Assembly (NCBI GenBank): GCA_017394205.1
Contig: JAFOPS010000051.1
Span: forward strand, 1-40,000
DNA: 40,000 bases
DNA from: Clostridia bacterium
Lineage (GTDB): Bacteria; Bacillota; Clostridia; Oscillospirales; Butyricicoccaceae
Direction of reading: 5' to 3'
Part shown: piece after piece, positions 23,333 to 33,442 of the stretch
How the letters are laid out: the number at the start of each line of letters is the position of its first letter
Numbering within the stretch: position 1 is the first letter of the stretch
Translations under genes and position numbers: made by a program
The notes under the pieces: model-generated
What the model was told of the DNA's origin: nothing
The model's input: the letters and a program-made list of their open reading frames with translations, nothing else
Databases searched by the model: none

Positions 23333-23692
23333 ATGAAAAGCGATACCTTCCACATGTCGATGCTGTTCGACTATTACGGTGAGCTGCTCACCGAGAAGCA
23401 GCGGGAGCTTTTTGACCTGTATTACAACGAGGATCTCTCCCTTGCGGAGATTGCGGAGCACGCGGGCATCTCCCGGCAGGGCGTCCGTGACGCCATCGTC
23501 CGGTCGGAAAGCGTACTCCGCGACACCGAGGACCGCCTCGGGCTGGTGAAGAAATACGGCAGCTACGAGTCCAAGCTGGAGGAGATCCGCCAGTCCGCGG
23601 CCTACATCGCCCAGGTCAACGCGTCGATCCGCAATTTCGAGATCGCGAAGAACGTCGACCGAATCCTCAAGCTCACGGAAGAAATGGAATGA
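23333..23692 (+). CDS. ylxM: YlxM/UPF0122 helix-turn-helix protein (SRP-operon associated)
   Basis: LFDYYGELLTEKQRELFDLYYNEDLSLAEIAEHAGISRQGVRDAI, located immediately upstream of ffh as in other Firmicutes. Confidence 0.85.
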   Translation: MKSDTFHMSMLFDYYGELLTEKQRELFDLYYNEDLSLAEIAEHAGISRQGVRDAIVRSESVLRDTEDRLGLVKKYGSYESKLEEIRQSAAYIAQVNASIRNFEIAKNVDRILKLTEEME

Positions 23693-23714
23693 TCCCCCGT
23701 CCAAAGGAGCGAAC

Positions 23715-25055
<1,341 letters not shown>

Positions 25056-25114
25056 GGCTGAAAACGTGAGTAAAAAACTCAAAATAGATCGAAAATAATA
25101 CGGAGGTGAAATCA

Positions 25115-25354
25115 ATGGTTAAGATCAGACTGAGAAGAATGGGCGCCAAGAAGGCTCCTTTCTATCGTATCGTGGTGGCGGATTCCCGTTATCCCCGCGA
25201 CGGTCGTTTCATCGAAGAGATCGGCACGTACAATCCCCTGAAGGAGCCTGCTGAGATCACGGTGAACGCCGAGAGCGCGCAGAAGTGGATCAAGGACGGC
25301 GCACAGCCCACCGATACCGTCCGCATCCTGTTGAAAAAGGCCGGAGTCCTGTAA
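25115..25354 (+). CDS. rpsP: 30S ribosomal protein S16
   Basis: [41 protein letters not shown], with RBS GGAGGTG. The ORF-track start at 25106 was trimmed to ATG 25115. Confidence 0.95.
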   Translation: MVKIRLRRMGAKKAPFYRIVVADSRYPRDGRFIEEIGTYNPLKEPAEITVNAESAQKWIKDGAQPTDTVRILLKKAGVL

Positions 25355-25357
25355 GCT

Positions 25358-25603
25358 ATGGACACCGCCGGCATCAAAGAGATGCTGACCTATATTGTCG
25401 GAAATCTGGTGGAGAAGCCGGAGGAGATCCGGATCAACACGCTGGAAAACGGCAATTCCGTCACGCTGCAGCTCCGCGTTGCCGCGGAAGATATGGGCAG
25501 AGTCATCGGTCGTCAGGGGCGGATCGCGAAAGAGATCCGCACGCTGATCAAGGCCATGGGTCTGCGCGAAGATGTGCGTGTCATGGTCGACATCCTGGAT
25601 TGA
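25358..25603 (+). CDS. khpA: KH-domain RNA-binding protein (KhpA/YlqC family)
   Basis: 81 aa with the KH GxxG motif MGRVIGRQGRIAKEIRTLI. It occupies the conserved position after rpsP. Confidence 0.85.
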   Translation: MDTAGIKEMLTYIVGNLVEKPEEIRINTLENGNSVTLQLRVAAEDMGRVIGRQGRIAKEIRTLIKAMGLREDVRVMVDILD

Positions 25604-25606
25604 ACA

Positions 25607-25639
25607 TAAAAAATGCCTTGCTTTCGCAAGGCATTTTTT
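25607..25639. terminator. Bidirectional terminator between khpA and rubrerythrin
   Basis: AAAAAATGCCTTGC-TTTC-GCAAGGCATTTTTT is a perfect 14-bp stem including its A and T arms. Confidence 0.8.
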
Positions 25640-25651
25640 ATATGCTTCGGA

Positions 25652-26185
25652 TCAGAAGTTGCTGCAGTTGACCTCAAAATAGCTCTGGGGATGGTTGCAG
25701 ACGGGGCAGACCTCGGGGGCCTTTTTGCCGATGACCAGATGACCGCAGTTGCGGCATTTCCACATGACCTCTTCGGTCTTTTCAAAAACGGCTTTCATTT
25801 CCACATTGTCCAGCAGCGCCAGATAGCGGGCCTCGTGAGCCTTTTCGATGGCGCCCACCTGACGGAAGCGCTCGGCCAGCTCAAAGAATCCCTCTTCCTC
25901 GGCGTCGCGGGCAAAGCCCTCGTACATGTCGGTCCATTCATAGTTTTCGCCCTCGGCGGCGTGCTTCAGATTGGCGGCGGTGTTTTCCAGCAGGCCCAGC
26001 GCCTTGAACCACAGCTTGGCATGCTCTTTTTCGTTGCCGGCGGTCTCGGTAAAGATGGCGGCGATCTGCTCATAACCTTCTTTTTTGGCGGCGGAGGCGA
26101 AATAGCTGTATTTGGTGTAGGCCTGCGCTTCGCCCGCAAAAGCGGCCAACAGGTTTTTCTCGGTTTTGCTGCCCTTCAGTTCCAT
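25652..26185 (-). CDS. rbr: Rubrerythrin
   Basis: Start at ATG 26185 with RBS AAGGAGGAA. Ferritin-like diiron motifs: [38 protein letters not shown]-terminal rubredoxin motifs: CRNCGH...CPVCNHP. Confidence 0.9.
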   Translation of the reverse strand: MELKGSKTEKNLLAAFAGEAQAYTKYSYFASAAKKEGYEQIAAIFTETAGNEKEHAKLWFKALGLLENTAANLKHAAEGENYEWTDMYEGFARDAEEEGFFELAERFRQVGAIEKAHEARYLALLDNVEMKAVFEKTEEVMWKCRNCGHLVIGKKAPEVCPVCNHPQSYFEVNCSNF

Positions 26186-26234
26186 GGAATGTTCCTCCTT
26201 TTTATTTGGATCGAGAAGCTTTTTTAAGCATAAC

Positions 26235-26270
26235 AGAAAAAACCCCAAAGGGGAAGCCTTTGGGGAAAAT
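26235..26270 (-). terminator. spoIIP terminator
   Basis: CCCCAAAGG (26243-51) pairs with CCTTTGGGG (26257-65). On the minus strand it is followed by TTTTTTCTG. Confidence 0.65.
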
Positions 26271-26289
26271 TTTACATTGTTTTCCTGCT

Positions 26290-27309
26290 TTATCCGGCCG
26301 CGCCGTCCAGCAAAGCGTCGGCCAGCGCTTCGGCAAAGAGCCCGGCGGCGGCCAGCGCCTCCTCCAGCGTGTTGCCGCAGGCCCCCACCTCCACCAGCAT
26401 GGAGCCCGCCCGCACGTGCTGATTGAAACGCCCCGTGCGGATGCTCATGGGCCGCATGATGCCGGGATAGCGGCTGTTGAGCCGGTCGTGGAGCTGCGCC
26501 TGAAAGGTAAGATTGTCCCGCCAGCCGGGGTGGCTGAGCCCGCCCTGGTCGGTCCCGGTGACGAACATGAGCTGGGCGGTCTGCTGCCCGTTCACCTCTG
26601 CCGCGGTCTTGTAGTAATGCCCCGCCGTGCCGATGGCGTCCCGATGCAGGTCGATGATCAGCTGCACGGAGGGATAGCGCTCGATCCAGGCATTGATGTC
26701 CTTGAGGGCTCGGCTGTAAGAGCCGTTGTAGGCGGGATAGTCGTTGAGGGTCTCGCTGTGGACGGCGGGGATGCCCCGCTCGTTGAGGATCTCGGTCACG
26801 CGCTGTCCTACGGCCAGCATGTTGCAGGCGCTGTCGGTGGTGCGATAATCGCCGGAGGCGGTGTAGGTGTGCCCGTCGGAGGGGGTATAGGCCTCTGTGC
26901 CGTGGGTGTGCATCACCAGGACCTGCACGCCCTCCGAGCCCAGCTTCACGGGCGAGGGACGCGCCAGCAGCGCGGCGATGTCGATGTCGTAATCGGTCTG
27001 GTTTTTGAAATAGACCGTGCCGGAGCTCTTGTATTCCGGCTCGGTCCCGGTGACGGAAAAGACGGGCGCTTCCGCCGGCGCCGGAGCGGGCGGCGGGGAT
27101 GATTGGGGGAAAAAGACGCTTTCCGCCGCCGTTTCCGCAGCGGGAGCCGCAGCGATCAGCGATCCGGCGCTCCCGTCGGAGGCGGGAAGCACAGGCGGGG
27201 AGGCGCTTTGGCGCGAAACGGGCCGCAGGCCGAAACAGAAAAGCGCCGCCACTGCCGCCGCGAAAAGAAGTCCCGCGGCAGGTGAGGCGCGTCCGCTTTT
27301 TCCCGTCAT
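26290..27309 (-). CDS. spoIIP: Stage II sporulation protein P (SpoIIP, peptidoglycan hydrolase)
   Basis: N-terminal TM or signal segment. SpoIIP signatures: [21 protein letters not shown], and MLVEVG at the C-terminus. It lies directly downstream of gpr as in Bacillus. Confidence 0.85.
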   Translation of the reverse strand: MTGKSGRASPAAGLLFAAAVAALFCFGLRPVSRQSASPPVLPASDGSAGSLIAAAPAAETAAESVFFPQSSPPPAPAPAEAPVFSVTGTEPEYKSSGTVYFKNQTDYDIDIAALLARPSPVKLGSEGVQVLVMHTHGTEAYTPSDGHTYTASGDYRTTDSACNMLAVGQRVTEILNERGIPAVHSETLNDYPAYNGSYSRALKDINAWIERYPSVQLIIDLHRDAIGTAGHYYKTAAEVNGQQTAQLMFVTGTDQGGLSHPGWRDNLTFQAQLHDRLNSRYPGIMRPMSIRTGRFNQHVRAGSMLVEVGACGNTLEEALAAAGLFAEALADALLDGAAG

Positions 27310-27361
27310 GCCGTCACCTCCCTTCGGGATAATCTATTCCCGAAGCGGGCGCGATATGCCT

Positions 27362-28228
27362 TCAGGCGAGACAGGCCTCCATCTCGGCGGCGGTCATGTC
27401 CCGCTGCAGCGCCAGATTGAGGGCATAGCCCAGGAGCTTGCCGCACAGCGCCACCTGCCGGTCGATGTCCTTCGGCGTCACCAGAAGCCCCTCACGGGGC
27501 AGGGAGCAGACGGACGACCGATCTCCGGTCAGCCCGGCGCACAGCGTCCGGGCCTCCACCACGGTGGGGACCCCCAGCGCGATGACGGGAACGCCCAGCG
27601 TCTCTTCGTTCAGGGCTTTGCGGGGGTTGCAGGCGCCGCTTCCGGGGACGATGCCCGTATCCGAGAGCTGAAAGGCGCGGCACAGCCGGTCCGGCGATCC
27701 GGCGCACAGGGCGTCCACCGCCACCACCGCCGCCGGTCTGACCCGATCCACCACGCCCCGCAAAAGCTCGCCGGTCTCCACTCCGGTGTCGCCCAACACG
27801 CCGCAGGCCACGGCGCACACGGGGCGCATCCCGCCGAAGGCCTCCGGCATGGCCGCGATCAGGTGGCGGGTGACGATGAGATTGGAAACGGTCTCCGGCC
27901 CCAGCGCGTCGGGCGTGACGGCCCGGTTGCCCAGCCCCGCCGCCAAAACGACGCCGCGGTCCGGCAAAAGCGGGCGAAGAAGCGCCGCCAGCGCCTCGGC
28001 GCAGGCAAAGAGCTTTTCCCGCCCGTCGGCGCCGCCTGCGGGAAGCTCGGCCGTGAGATACCGTCCGGGCGGCTTGCCCAGCGCCCGGGCGCCGCGCTCA
28101 TCCAGCACGGTGATATCGGTGACCGAAAACGGTCCCTGCCGTCTTACGCTGCTTTTTACGCCGTCAAGAGCCCCAACGCCGGCGCTTTCCCGCCGCTCCA
28201 GCACCAGATCGGTGCGTCCTTTCCACAT
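27362..28228 (-). CDS. gpr: Germination protease GPR (spore endopeptidase)
   Basis: RTDLVLE near the N-terminus, LGNRAVTPDALGP, VCAVACGVLGDTGVET, AVDAL...S. It is divergent from rpsT, which is the conserved Firmicute synteny. Confidence 0.85.
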   Translation of the reverse strand: MWKGRTDLVLERRESAGVGALDGVKSSVRRQGPFSVTDITVLDERGARALGKPPGRYLTAELPAGGADGREKLFACAEALAALLRPLLPDRGVVLAAGLGNRAVTPDALGPETVSNLIVTRHLIAAMPEAFGGMRPVCAVACGVLGDTGVETGELLRGVVDRVRPAAVVAVDALCAGSPDRLCRAFQLSDTGIVPGSGACNPRKALNEETLGVPVIALGVPTVVEARTLCAGLTGDRSSVCSLPREGLLVTPKDIDRQVALCGKLLGYALNLALQRDMTAAEMEACLA

Positions 28229-28298
28229 GATACAGCCTCCGAAAGAGAAGATTTTTTCTTATTTTTGATAACAATCAAAAAAATATGTAAATTATCCC

Positions 28299-28327
28299 TT
28301 GCTTTTTTGCAAATGGGATGATAAAAT
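28299..28327 (+). promoter_or_regulatory. rpsT promoter
   Basis: TTGCTT (28299-304), 17-nt spacer ending TGa, TAAAAT (28322-27). Confidence 0.5.
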
Positions 28328-28365
28328 ATCTCTGCTGTAAAATTCGCTGTAAGGGAGGTCAGAAA

Positions 28366-28623
28366 GTGCCCAACATCAAGTCTGCCAAGAAGCGTGTTCT
28401 GGTCAGCAAGCTGAACAACGCGAAGAATCGCGCCGCCAAGACCGAGCTGAAGACCAACGTGAAGAAGTTTGATGCTGCCGTCGCCGCCGGCGACGACGTG
28501 CAGGCTGCCTATAAAACCGCTGTGAAGAACATCGATCAGGCTGCCGCCAAGGGGATCATCCACAAGAACACTGCGGCTCGCAAAAAGAGCCAGCTCACCA
28601 AAAAGCTGAACAACGCGCAGTAA
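28366..28623 (+). CDS. rpsT: 30S ribosomal protein S20
   Basis: GTG start 8 nt after GGGAGG. N-terminus (M)PNIKSAKKRVLVSKLNNAKNRAAKTELKT...IHKNTAARKKS. Confidence 0.9.
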   Translation: MPNIKSAKKRVLVSKLNNAKNRAAKTELKTNVKKFDAAVAAGDDVQAAYKTAVKNIDQAAAKGIIHKNTAARKKSQLTKKLNNAQ

Positions 28624-28633
28624 ATGACAAAGC

Positions 28634-28664
28634 AAAAGCCGTGCCCTGTAGGGCACGGCTTTTT
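28634..28664. terminator. Bidirectional terminator between rpsT and the aldo/keto reductase gene
   Basis: AAAA-GCCGTGCCC-TGTA-GGGCACGGC-TTTTT. Confidence 0.75.
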
Positions 28665-28693
28665 CGTTCTTTGCTTCCAACGGAGGCCTGCGG

Positions 28694-29803
28694 TCAGCCG
28701 CAGAAGTATTCCCGGATCTCCTGAAGGCGCCCGGGGATGTCGATGAACTGGGGACATTCGGCGGCGCAGGCGCCGCAATTGAGACATTTGTCGGCTTCTT
28801 TGTCCAGCTCGTCCCTCAGATAGTCCTTTTTCGCGGCGTCATACAGACCCCAGACCCTGGCCCGGTTATAAACCTTGAAATGATACTGCGGCTTGATCTC
28901 CATGGGGCATACGTTGCAGTAGGCACAGGCGCTGCAATAGAGGTTGGAAAGCTGGCGCAGCTTGTCGTTGGTGGCCTTGTAGCTCTCCCGCTCCTCGGGC
29001 GTCACGGAGGCGGCGGCCTCGGCGATGGCCACGTTCTGCTCCACCATCTCGATGCTCTGCATGCCGGAAAGGGCCAGCGTCACGGCGTCGTAGCCCAGAA
29101 CGAAGCGCAGGGCCAGCTCCTGAGGCGTTTTGGCGGGAGTGTCGTACAGACGGAGAAAATCCTCGCCGCCGGTGGTGATCATGCCGCCGGCCACGGGGCC
29201 CATCACCATGATCCCCATGCCGCGCTTCGCCAGGATGTCCATGACCTCCTCGTTGCTCTGGTCGATGAGATTATACTGGCACAAAAGGGTGTCGAAAATG
29301 CCGCTGTCGGCAATGTCCACCATCACGCGGGGCGCGTCGTGGAAAGAAAAGCTGATGTGCCGGATGAGGCCCTCATCCCGGGCGCGGATCATATCCCGAT
29401 CCATTTCCACGGCCTTCGCGTGCTCCCACTTTCCGGCGTTCAGGGCGTGCATGTGGTAAAAATCCAGATAGTCGGTGTCCATCAGCCTGAGGCTGTGCTC
29501 CAGCTTTCGGCGGAAATCCCCGGGCTGCTGTACCTCGGAAGGGGGCAGCTTGGAGGAAAGATACACCTTGTCCCGCACGTCGTGGAGGGCCTTGCCAACG
29601 ATGCGGGGATTGTCCCGGTTGGTATAGCCCCAGGCGGTGTCGAAAAAGTTGATGCCCAGCTCATAGGCGCGCCGCAGGATGGGGATGCAGGCGTCGTCGT
29701 CGCAGCGGCGGTTTTCCCCTTCGCCCACGGCGGGAAGCCGCATGCAGCCGAAGCCCAGCCGTGACACCATCGGGCCGTTTTTCCCGAACTGTTTATATTG
29801 CAT
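28694..29803 (-). CDS. Aldo/keto reductase with a C-terminal 4Fe-4S ferredoxin-type domain
   Basis: AKR motifs: LGFGCMRLP, INFFDTAWGY, YLDFYHMH. C-terminal motifs: CSACAYCNVCP and CLNCGACAAECP. Confidence 0.85.
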   Translation of the reverse strand: MQYKQFGKNGPMVSRLGFGCMRLPAVGEGENRRCDDDACIPILRRAYELGINFFDTAWGYTNRDNPRIVGKALHDVRDKVYLSSKLPPSEVQQPGDFRRKLEHSLRLMDTDYLDFYHMHALNAGKWEHAKAVEMDRDMIRARDEGLIRHISFSFHDAPRVMVDIADSGIFDTLLCQYNLIDQSNEEVMDILAKRGMGIMVMGPVAGGMITTGGEDFLRLYDTPAKTPQELALRFVLGYDAVTLALSGMQSIEMVEQNVAIAEAAASVTPEERESYKATNDKLRQLSNLYCSACAYCNVCPMEIKPQYHFKVYNRARVWGLYDAAKKDYLRDELDKEADKCLNCGACAAECPQFIDIPGRLQEIREYFCG

Positions 29804-29884
29804 CAGGATCCCTCACTTTCGTTTTTTACCAGTTTATCACAAAATCGCAGAAAAGAAAAGAAAAAGTTCTGTCAAAATGCCACA

Positions 29885-29913
29885 TTGACTTTTATACTGC
29901 AAAGTGTTATAGT
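29885..29913 (+). promoter_or_regulatory. Strong sigma-A-type promoter driving the leader ORF and ABC operon
   Basis: TTGACT (29885-90), 17-nt spacer ending TGt, TATAGT (29908-13). Confidence 0.6.
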
Positions 29914-29945
29914 GTAAAGCGATAAAAAGAAAGGAGGCGGTGCCT

Positions 29946-30098
29946 GTGCTGCATACGATCGCTGCAGTCTTTGCGATCACCACCTGTCTGCCCGCCGAGG
30001 CGCTGCCTGCGGGCCTGATTTTCTGTACGCTTTTTGCCTGCGCTTCTTCCTATTCCTGCTATTATTATGCCCGCCGCGGGAGAATAGCAGTTCGATAG
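29946..30098 (+). CDS. 50-codon ORF: candidate Tyr-rich leader peptide (alternatively a small hydrophobic protein)
   Basis: The ORF is not in the ORF track, presumably because it is below that track's length cutoff. AAAGGAGG lies 8 nt upstream of GTG 29946. Translation: VLHTIAAVFAITTCLPAEALPAGLIFCTLFACASSYSCYYYARRGRIAVR*. Three consecutive TAT codons at 30060-68, one more at 30051-53, and TAG at 30096-98. Confidence 0.4.
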   Translation: MLHTIAAVFAITTCLPAEALPAGLIFCTLFACASSYSCYYYARRGRIAVR

Positions 30099-30118
30099 GA
30101 AGCCCCTGAGCGTTGTCG

Positions 30119-30160
30119 AAAACGGCTCTGTTCCTGATCGAACAGAGCCGTTTATTTTAT
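30119..30160 (+). terminator. Intrinsic terminator between the leader ORF and the ABC operon
   Basis: 14-bp stem (30120-33 pairs with 30140-53) with 6-nt loop CTGATC, followed by TTTATTTTAT. The SBP gene ATG is at 30195. Confidence 0.65.
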
Positions 30161-30194
30161 GAATGGAAAAGGATCAGTAAAGGAGATCACGATT

Positions 30195-31151
30195 ATGAAA
30201 AAGAGCTTTTTTGCCGCCGCGCTGGCGGCGCTGATGTGTCTTTCAACGGCGGCCTGCTCCGCCGGAAAAAGCGGAGCGGAGTTCACGGTGGGCATCTGCC
30301 AGCTTGCCCAGCACGAGGCGCTGGATGCCGCCACCAAGGGCTTTTGCGACGCGCTGACCGAGGAGCTGGGAAGCCGGGTGCGCTTCGACGAGCAGAACGC
30401 CTCGGGCGAAGCGGCCAACTGTCCCACCATCATCAACGGGTTCCTTTCCGAAAAGGTGGACCTGATCCTGGCCAATGCCACCGCTCCGCTGCAGGCGGCG
30501 GCGTCGGCAACAAAGGACGTTCCCATTTTGGGGACCTCCATCACCGATTACGCCTCGGCTCTCGACCTCGAAGGCTTCACGGGAACGGTGGGCGGAAACA
30601 TTTCCGGCACCTCGGATCTGGCGCCGCTGGCAGAGCAGGCTGCCATGGTGCGGGAATGGTTCCCGGAGGCAAAGACGGTTGGTCTGCTGTTCTGCTCCGC
30701 CGAGAGCAACAGCCTGTTTCAGGTGGAGGTGATGCAGGGCGAGCTGGAAAAGATGGGGTATGAATGCCGCCGGTTTGCCTTTACCGACACCAACGACGTG
30801 TCTTCCGTGACCCAGGCGGCCTGTGACGCTTCCGACGTGATCTATATCCCCACCGACAACACGGCCGCCAACAATTCCGAAGCCATCGGAAACGTCGTGC
30901 TGCCCGCGCGGGTCCCCGTCATCGCCGGAGAGGCGGGACTTTGCCGGGGCTGCGGCGTGGCCACTCTGTCCATCAGCTATTACGATCTGGGCTTCGCCAC
31001 CGGGAAGATGGCGGCGCAGATCCTTACCGGGAAGAAAAGCATTTCCGACATGCCGGTGGAATACGCGCCCCAGGTGACCAAAATGTTCAGCCCCGCCAAC
31101 TGCGAAGCGCTGGGGCTGACACCGCCCGAGGGCTACGAGCCTATGGACTGA
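30195..31151 (+). CDS. ABC transporter substrate-binding lipoprotein, ABC_sub_bind/COG2984 family
   Basis: Lipobox LSTAAC. Family pattern: VGICQLAQHEALDAATKGF...VDLILANATAPLQAA...GNISGTSD...VGLLFCSAESNS...IYIPTDNTAANN. Start at ATG 30195 with RBS AAAGGAG. Confidence 0.85.
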   Translation: MKKSFFAAALAALMCLSTAACSAGKSGAEFTVGICQLAQHEALDAATKGFCDALTEELGSRVRFDEQNASGEAANCPTIINGFLSEKVDLILANATAPLQAAASATKDVPILGTSITDYASALDLEGFTGTVGGNISGTSDLAPLAEQAAMVREWFPEAKTVGLLFCSAESNSLFQVEVMQGELEKMGYECRRFAFTDTNDVSSVTQAACDASDVIYIPTDNTAANNSEAIGNVVLPARVPVIAGEAGLCRGCGVATLSISYYDLGFATGKMAAQILTGKKSISDMPVEYAPQVTKMFSPANCEALGLTPPEGYEPMD

Positions 31152-31195
31152 CAGGCCGTTTGGCGGAAAATCGAGGGAACGAAGGAGGAAGCGAC

Positions 31196-32122
31196 ATGGG
31201 GTTTTTCGGCTCTCTGATGGGCGCTCTGCCCGGCGCCATGGCGCAGGGGATGCTTTGGGGCGTAATGGCCGTGGGGGTATTCCTCACCTTTCGGATTCTG
31301 GACGTGGCCGATCTGACGGTCGACGGCTCGCTGGCCTGCGGCGGGGCAGTGTGCGTCATGCTCATCCGGGGAGGAGCGGATCCGTGGCCGGCGCTGCTCT
31401 GCGCCGTCGGCGCGGGCGTGCTGGCGGGACTGTGCACCGGGCTGCTCCACACCCGCTGCGGGATCCCGGCTATTCTGTCGGGGATCCTGACCCAGCTGGC
31501 GCTCTATTCGGTGAATCTCCGCATCTTGGGCGGCAAGGCCAATCAGCCCGTGAGCGTAGATAAATATCCCCTGGCGGTGTCGCAGCGGTATGTGCGGGAG
31601 CTGTCGGTGCAGAATCCCATTCTTCCCGCCGCGGTGCTGCTGCTCCTGCTCATCGGCGGGCTTTATTGGTATTTCGGCACCGAACGGGGCTGCGCCGTCC
31701 GCGCCGTGGGAGCCAATGCGGGCATGGCCCGCGCCCAGGGCATCGACACCCGTCGGGCGACGGTGGCGGGGCTGATGCTCTCCAACGGGCTGGTGGCGGG
31801 AGCGGGCGGGCTTTTGGCCCAGTATCAGGGCGCGGCCGACGTGAACATGGGCCGCGGCGCCATCGTGATCGGGCTGGCCGCCGTGATCATCGGCGAGGTG
31901 CTGTTTTCCGGAGTGTTCCGCAATTTTGCGCTGAAAATGACGGCGGTAGTCATCGGGGCGGTGTTGTATTATATCGTTTTGCAGATCGTTTTGCAGCTTG
32001 GCCTGAACACAAACGACCTCAAGCTGCTGACGGCGGCCGTGGTGGCGGTGTTTCTGGCGCTGCCCGCGTGGAAGGAGCGGCTGCGCCGGAGCAAACGGGG
32101 AGGAGGAAAGACCAATGCTTGA
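31196..32122 (+). CDS. ABC transporter permease (COG4120 type)
   Basis: Start at ATG 31196 with RBS GAAGGAGGAAG. N-terminus MAQGMLWGVMAVGVFLTFRILDVADLTVDGS, multi-TM. Confidence 0.85.
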   Translation: MGFFGSLMGALPGAMAQGMLWGVMAVGVFLTFRILDVADLTVDGSLACGGAVCVMLIRGGADPWPALLCAVGAGVLAGLCTGLLHTRCGIPAILSGILTQLALYSVNLRILGGKANQPVSVDKYPLAVSQRYVRELSVQNPILPAAVLLLLLIGGLYWYFGTERGCAVRAVGANAGMARAQGIDTRRATVAGLMLSNGLVAGAGGLLAQYQGAADVNMGRGAIVIGLAAVIIGEVLFSGVFRNFALKMTAVVIGAVLYYIVLQIVLQLGLNTNDLKLLTAAVVAVFLALPAWKERLRRSKRGGGKTNA

Positions 32123-32909
32123 GCTGAAAGAGATCACCAAGACCTTTCATCCGGGGACGGTGAACGCCCGCAGGGCGCTGGACCGGCTCTCGCTGACGCT
32201 GGAGGAGGGCGAGTTCGTCACTGTGATCGGCGGCAACGGCGCGGGAAAATCCACCCTGCTCAACGCGGTGGCCGGCGCTTTCCCCATCGACGGCGGGCAG
32301 ATCCTGCTGGACGGACAGGACGTGACCCATATGCCCGAGCACAGGCGGGCCGCCTTTCTTGGGCGGGTCTTTCAGGACCCCATGATGGGCACGGCTCCCA
32401 CCATGCAGATCGACGAGAACCTTGCCCTTGCAGCCCGCCGCGGCCGGCGCCGCGGACTGAAATGGGGCGTTACCCGGGCCGAGCGCGAGGAATACCGGGC
32501 GCTGCTGGCCGGGCTGGGTCTGGGGCTGGAGGACCGGATGAGCGCAAAGGTCGGGCTGCTCTCCGGCGGTCAGCGGCAGGCGCTCACCCTTTTGATGGCC
32601 ACGGTACGGCGGCCGAAGCTGCTGCTGCTGGACGAGCACACGGCGGCGCTGGATCCCAAAACGGCCGGGAAGGTGCTGGAGCTTTCACAGCAGATCGTCC
32701 GGCGGGACGGGCTGACGACGCTGATGATCACGCACAATATGAAAGACGCCATCGCCTGCGGCAGCCGTCTGATCATGATGGACGGCGGACGGATCGTTCT
32801 GGATCTGGCCGGGGAGGAGAAGCGGCGGCTGACGGTGGCCGATCTGCTGGAACGGTTTTCCGCCGCCAGCGGCAGGGAAGAGGCGGAGGACAAGCTGCTG
32901 CTGTCATAA
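32115..32909 (+). CDS. ABC transporter ATP-binding protein (COG1101 type)
   Basis: Walker A GGNGAGKST, signature LSGGQRQA, Walker B LLLLDEHTAALD. It overlaps the permease stop by 8 nt. Confidence 0.9.
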   Translation: MLELKEITKTFHPGTVNARRALDRLSLTLEEGEFVTVIGGNGAGKSTLLNAVAGAFPIDGGQILLDGQDVTHMPEHRRAAFLGRVFQDPMMGTAPTMQIDENLALAARRGRRRGLKWGVTRAEREEYRALLAGLGLGLEDRMSAKVGLLSGGQRQALTLLMATVRRPKLLLLDEHTAALDPKTAGKVLELSQQIVRRDGLTTLMITHNMKDAIACGSRLIMMDGGRIVLDLAGEEKRRLTVADLLERFSAASGREEAEDKLLLS

Positions 32910-33031
32910 AAGCCTCCGCCGCAGCACGGGATCGCAGAGAGCGCTTTTTCCGCAGGACGCGGAGGAAGCGCTTCTTTCTTGTATTTTGAGGCGGACTGTG
33001 TTATGCTGAAAATATCTTATCATGGGAGGAT

Positions 33032-33442
33032 ATGGCTTTGGAACTGTTTCGGGAGGCCTATACGGAAGAGGCGCTGCGCGCCGTCCCCACGCTGACGCTG
33101 GCCCATGTGGGCGACGGGGTGTATGAGCTTTTGGCCCGCTCGCAGGTGGTGCGGGAGGGCGCGTGCCGGGTGGAGGACGCTCATTCCCGCACGGTAGAGC
33201 TGGTGCGGGCGCAGGCGCAGGCCAAGGCGGCCGCCGCCCTTGCGCCGCTGCTGAACGAGTGGGAAAACGCCGTGTTCCACCGGGGACGCAACGCCCATCC
33301 GCACACCCTTCCCCGGCATTGCACTCCCCGGGAATACGCTCTTGCCACCGGGCTGGAGGCACTGTTCGGCGCGCTGTATCTGTCGGGAAAGCACGAGCGC
33401 CTGTCGGAGCTTTGGACCGCGGTGCTGGAGGCACTGAAATGA
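33032..33442 (+). CDS. mrnC: Mini-ribonuclease 3 (MrnC/YazC family)
   Basis: LAHVGDGVYELLARSQV...AQA...RGRNAHP...EYALATGLEALFGALYL is the RNase III-like catalytic signature in a protein of about 135 aa. The start is uncertain: ATG 33032 has short RBS spacing, and TTG 33038 is an alternative. Confidence 0.78.
   Translation: MALELFREAYTEEALRAVPTLTLAHVGDGVYELLARSQVVREGACRVEDAHSRTVELVRAQAQAKAAAALAPLLNEWENAVFHRGRNAHPHTLPRHCTPREYALATGLEALFGALYLSGKHERLSELWTAVLEALK

Noticed and set aside
28229-28300. Forespore sigma-F/sigma-G promoter upstream of gpr
   Set aside because: Such a promoter is expected biologically, but the candidate hexamers (ACATA ... CAAAAATA) match the consensus too poorly to call from sequence alone.
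29914-30160. T-box or other riboswitch upstream of the COG2984 ABC operon
   Set aside because: I found no T-box consensus (AANNNGGGTGGNACCGCG-like) or specifier-loop architecture, and no recognisable riboswitch core. The translatable ORF with a Tyr-codon run fits a leader-peptide mechanism better.
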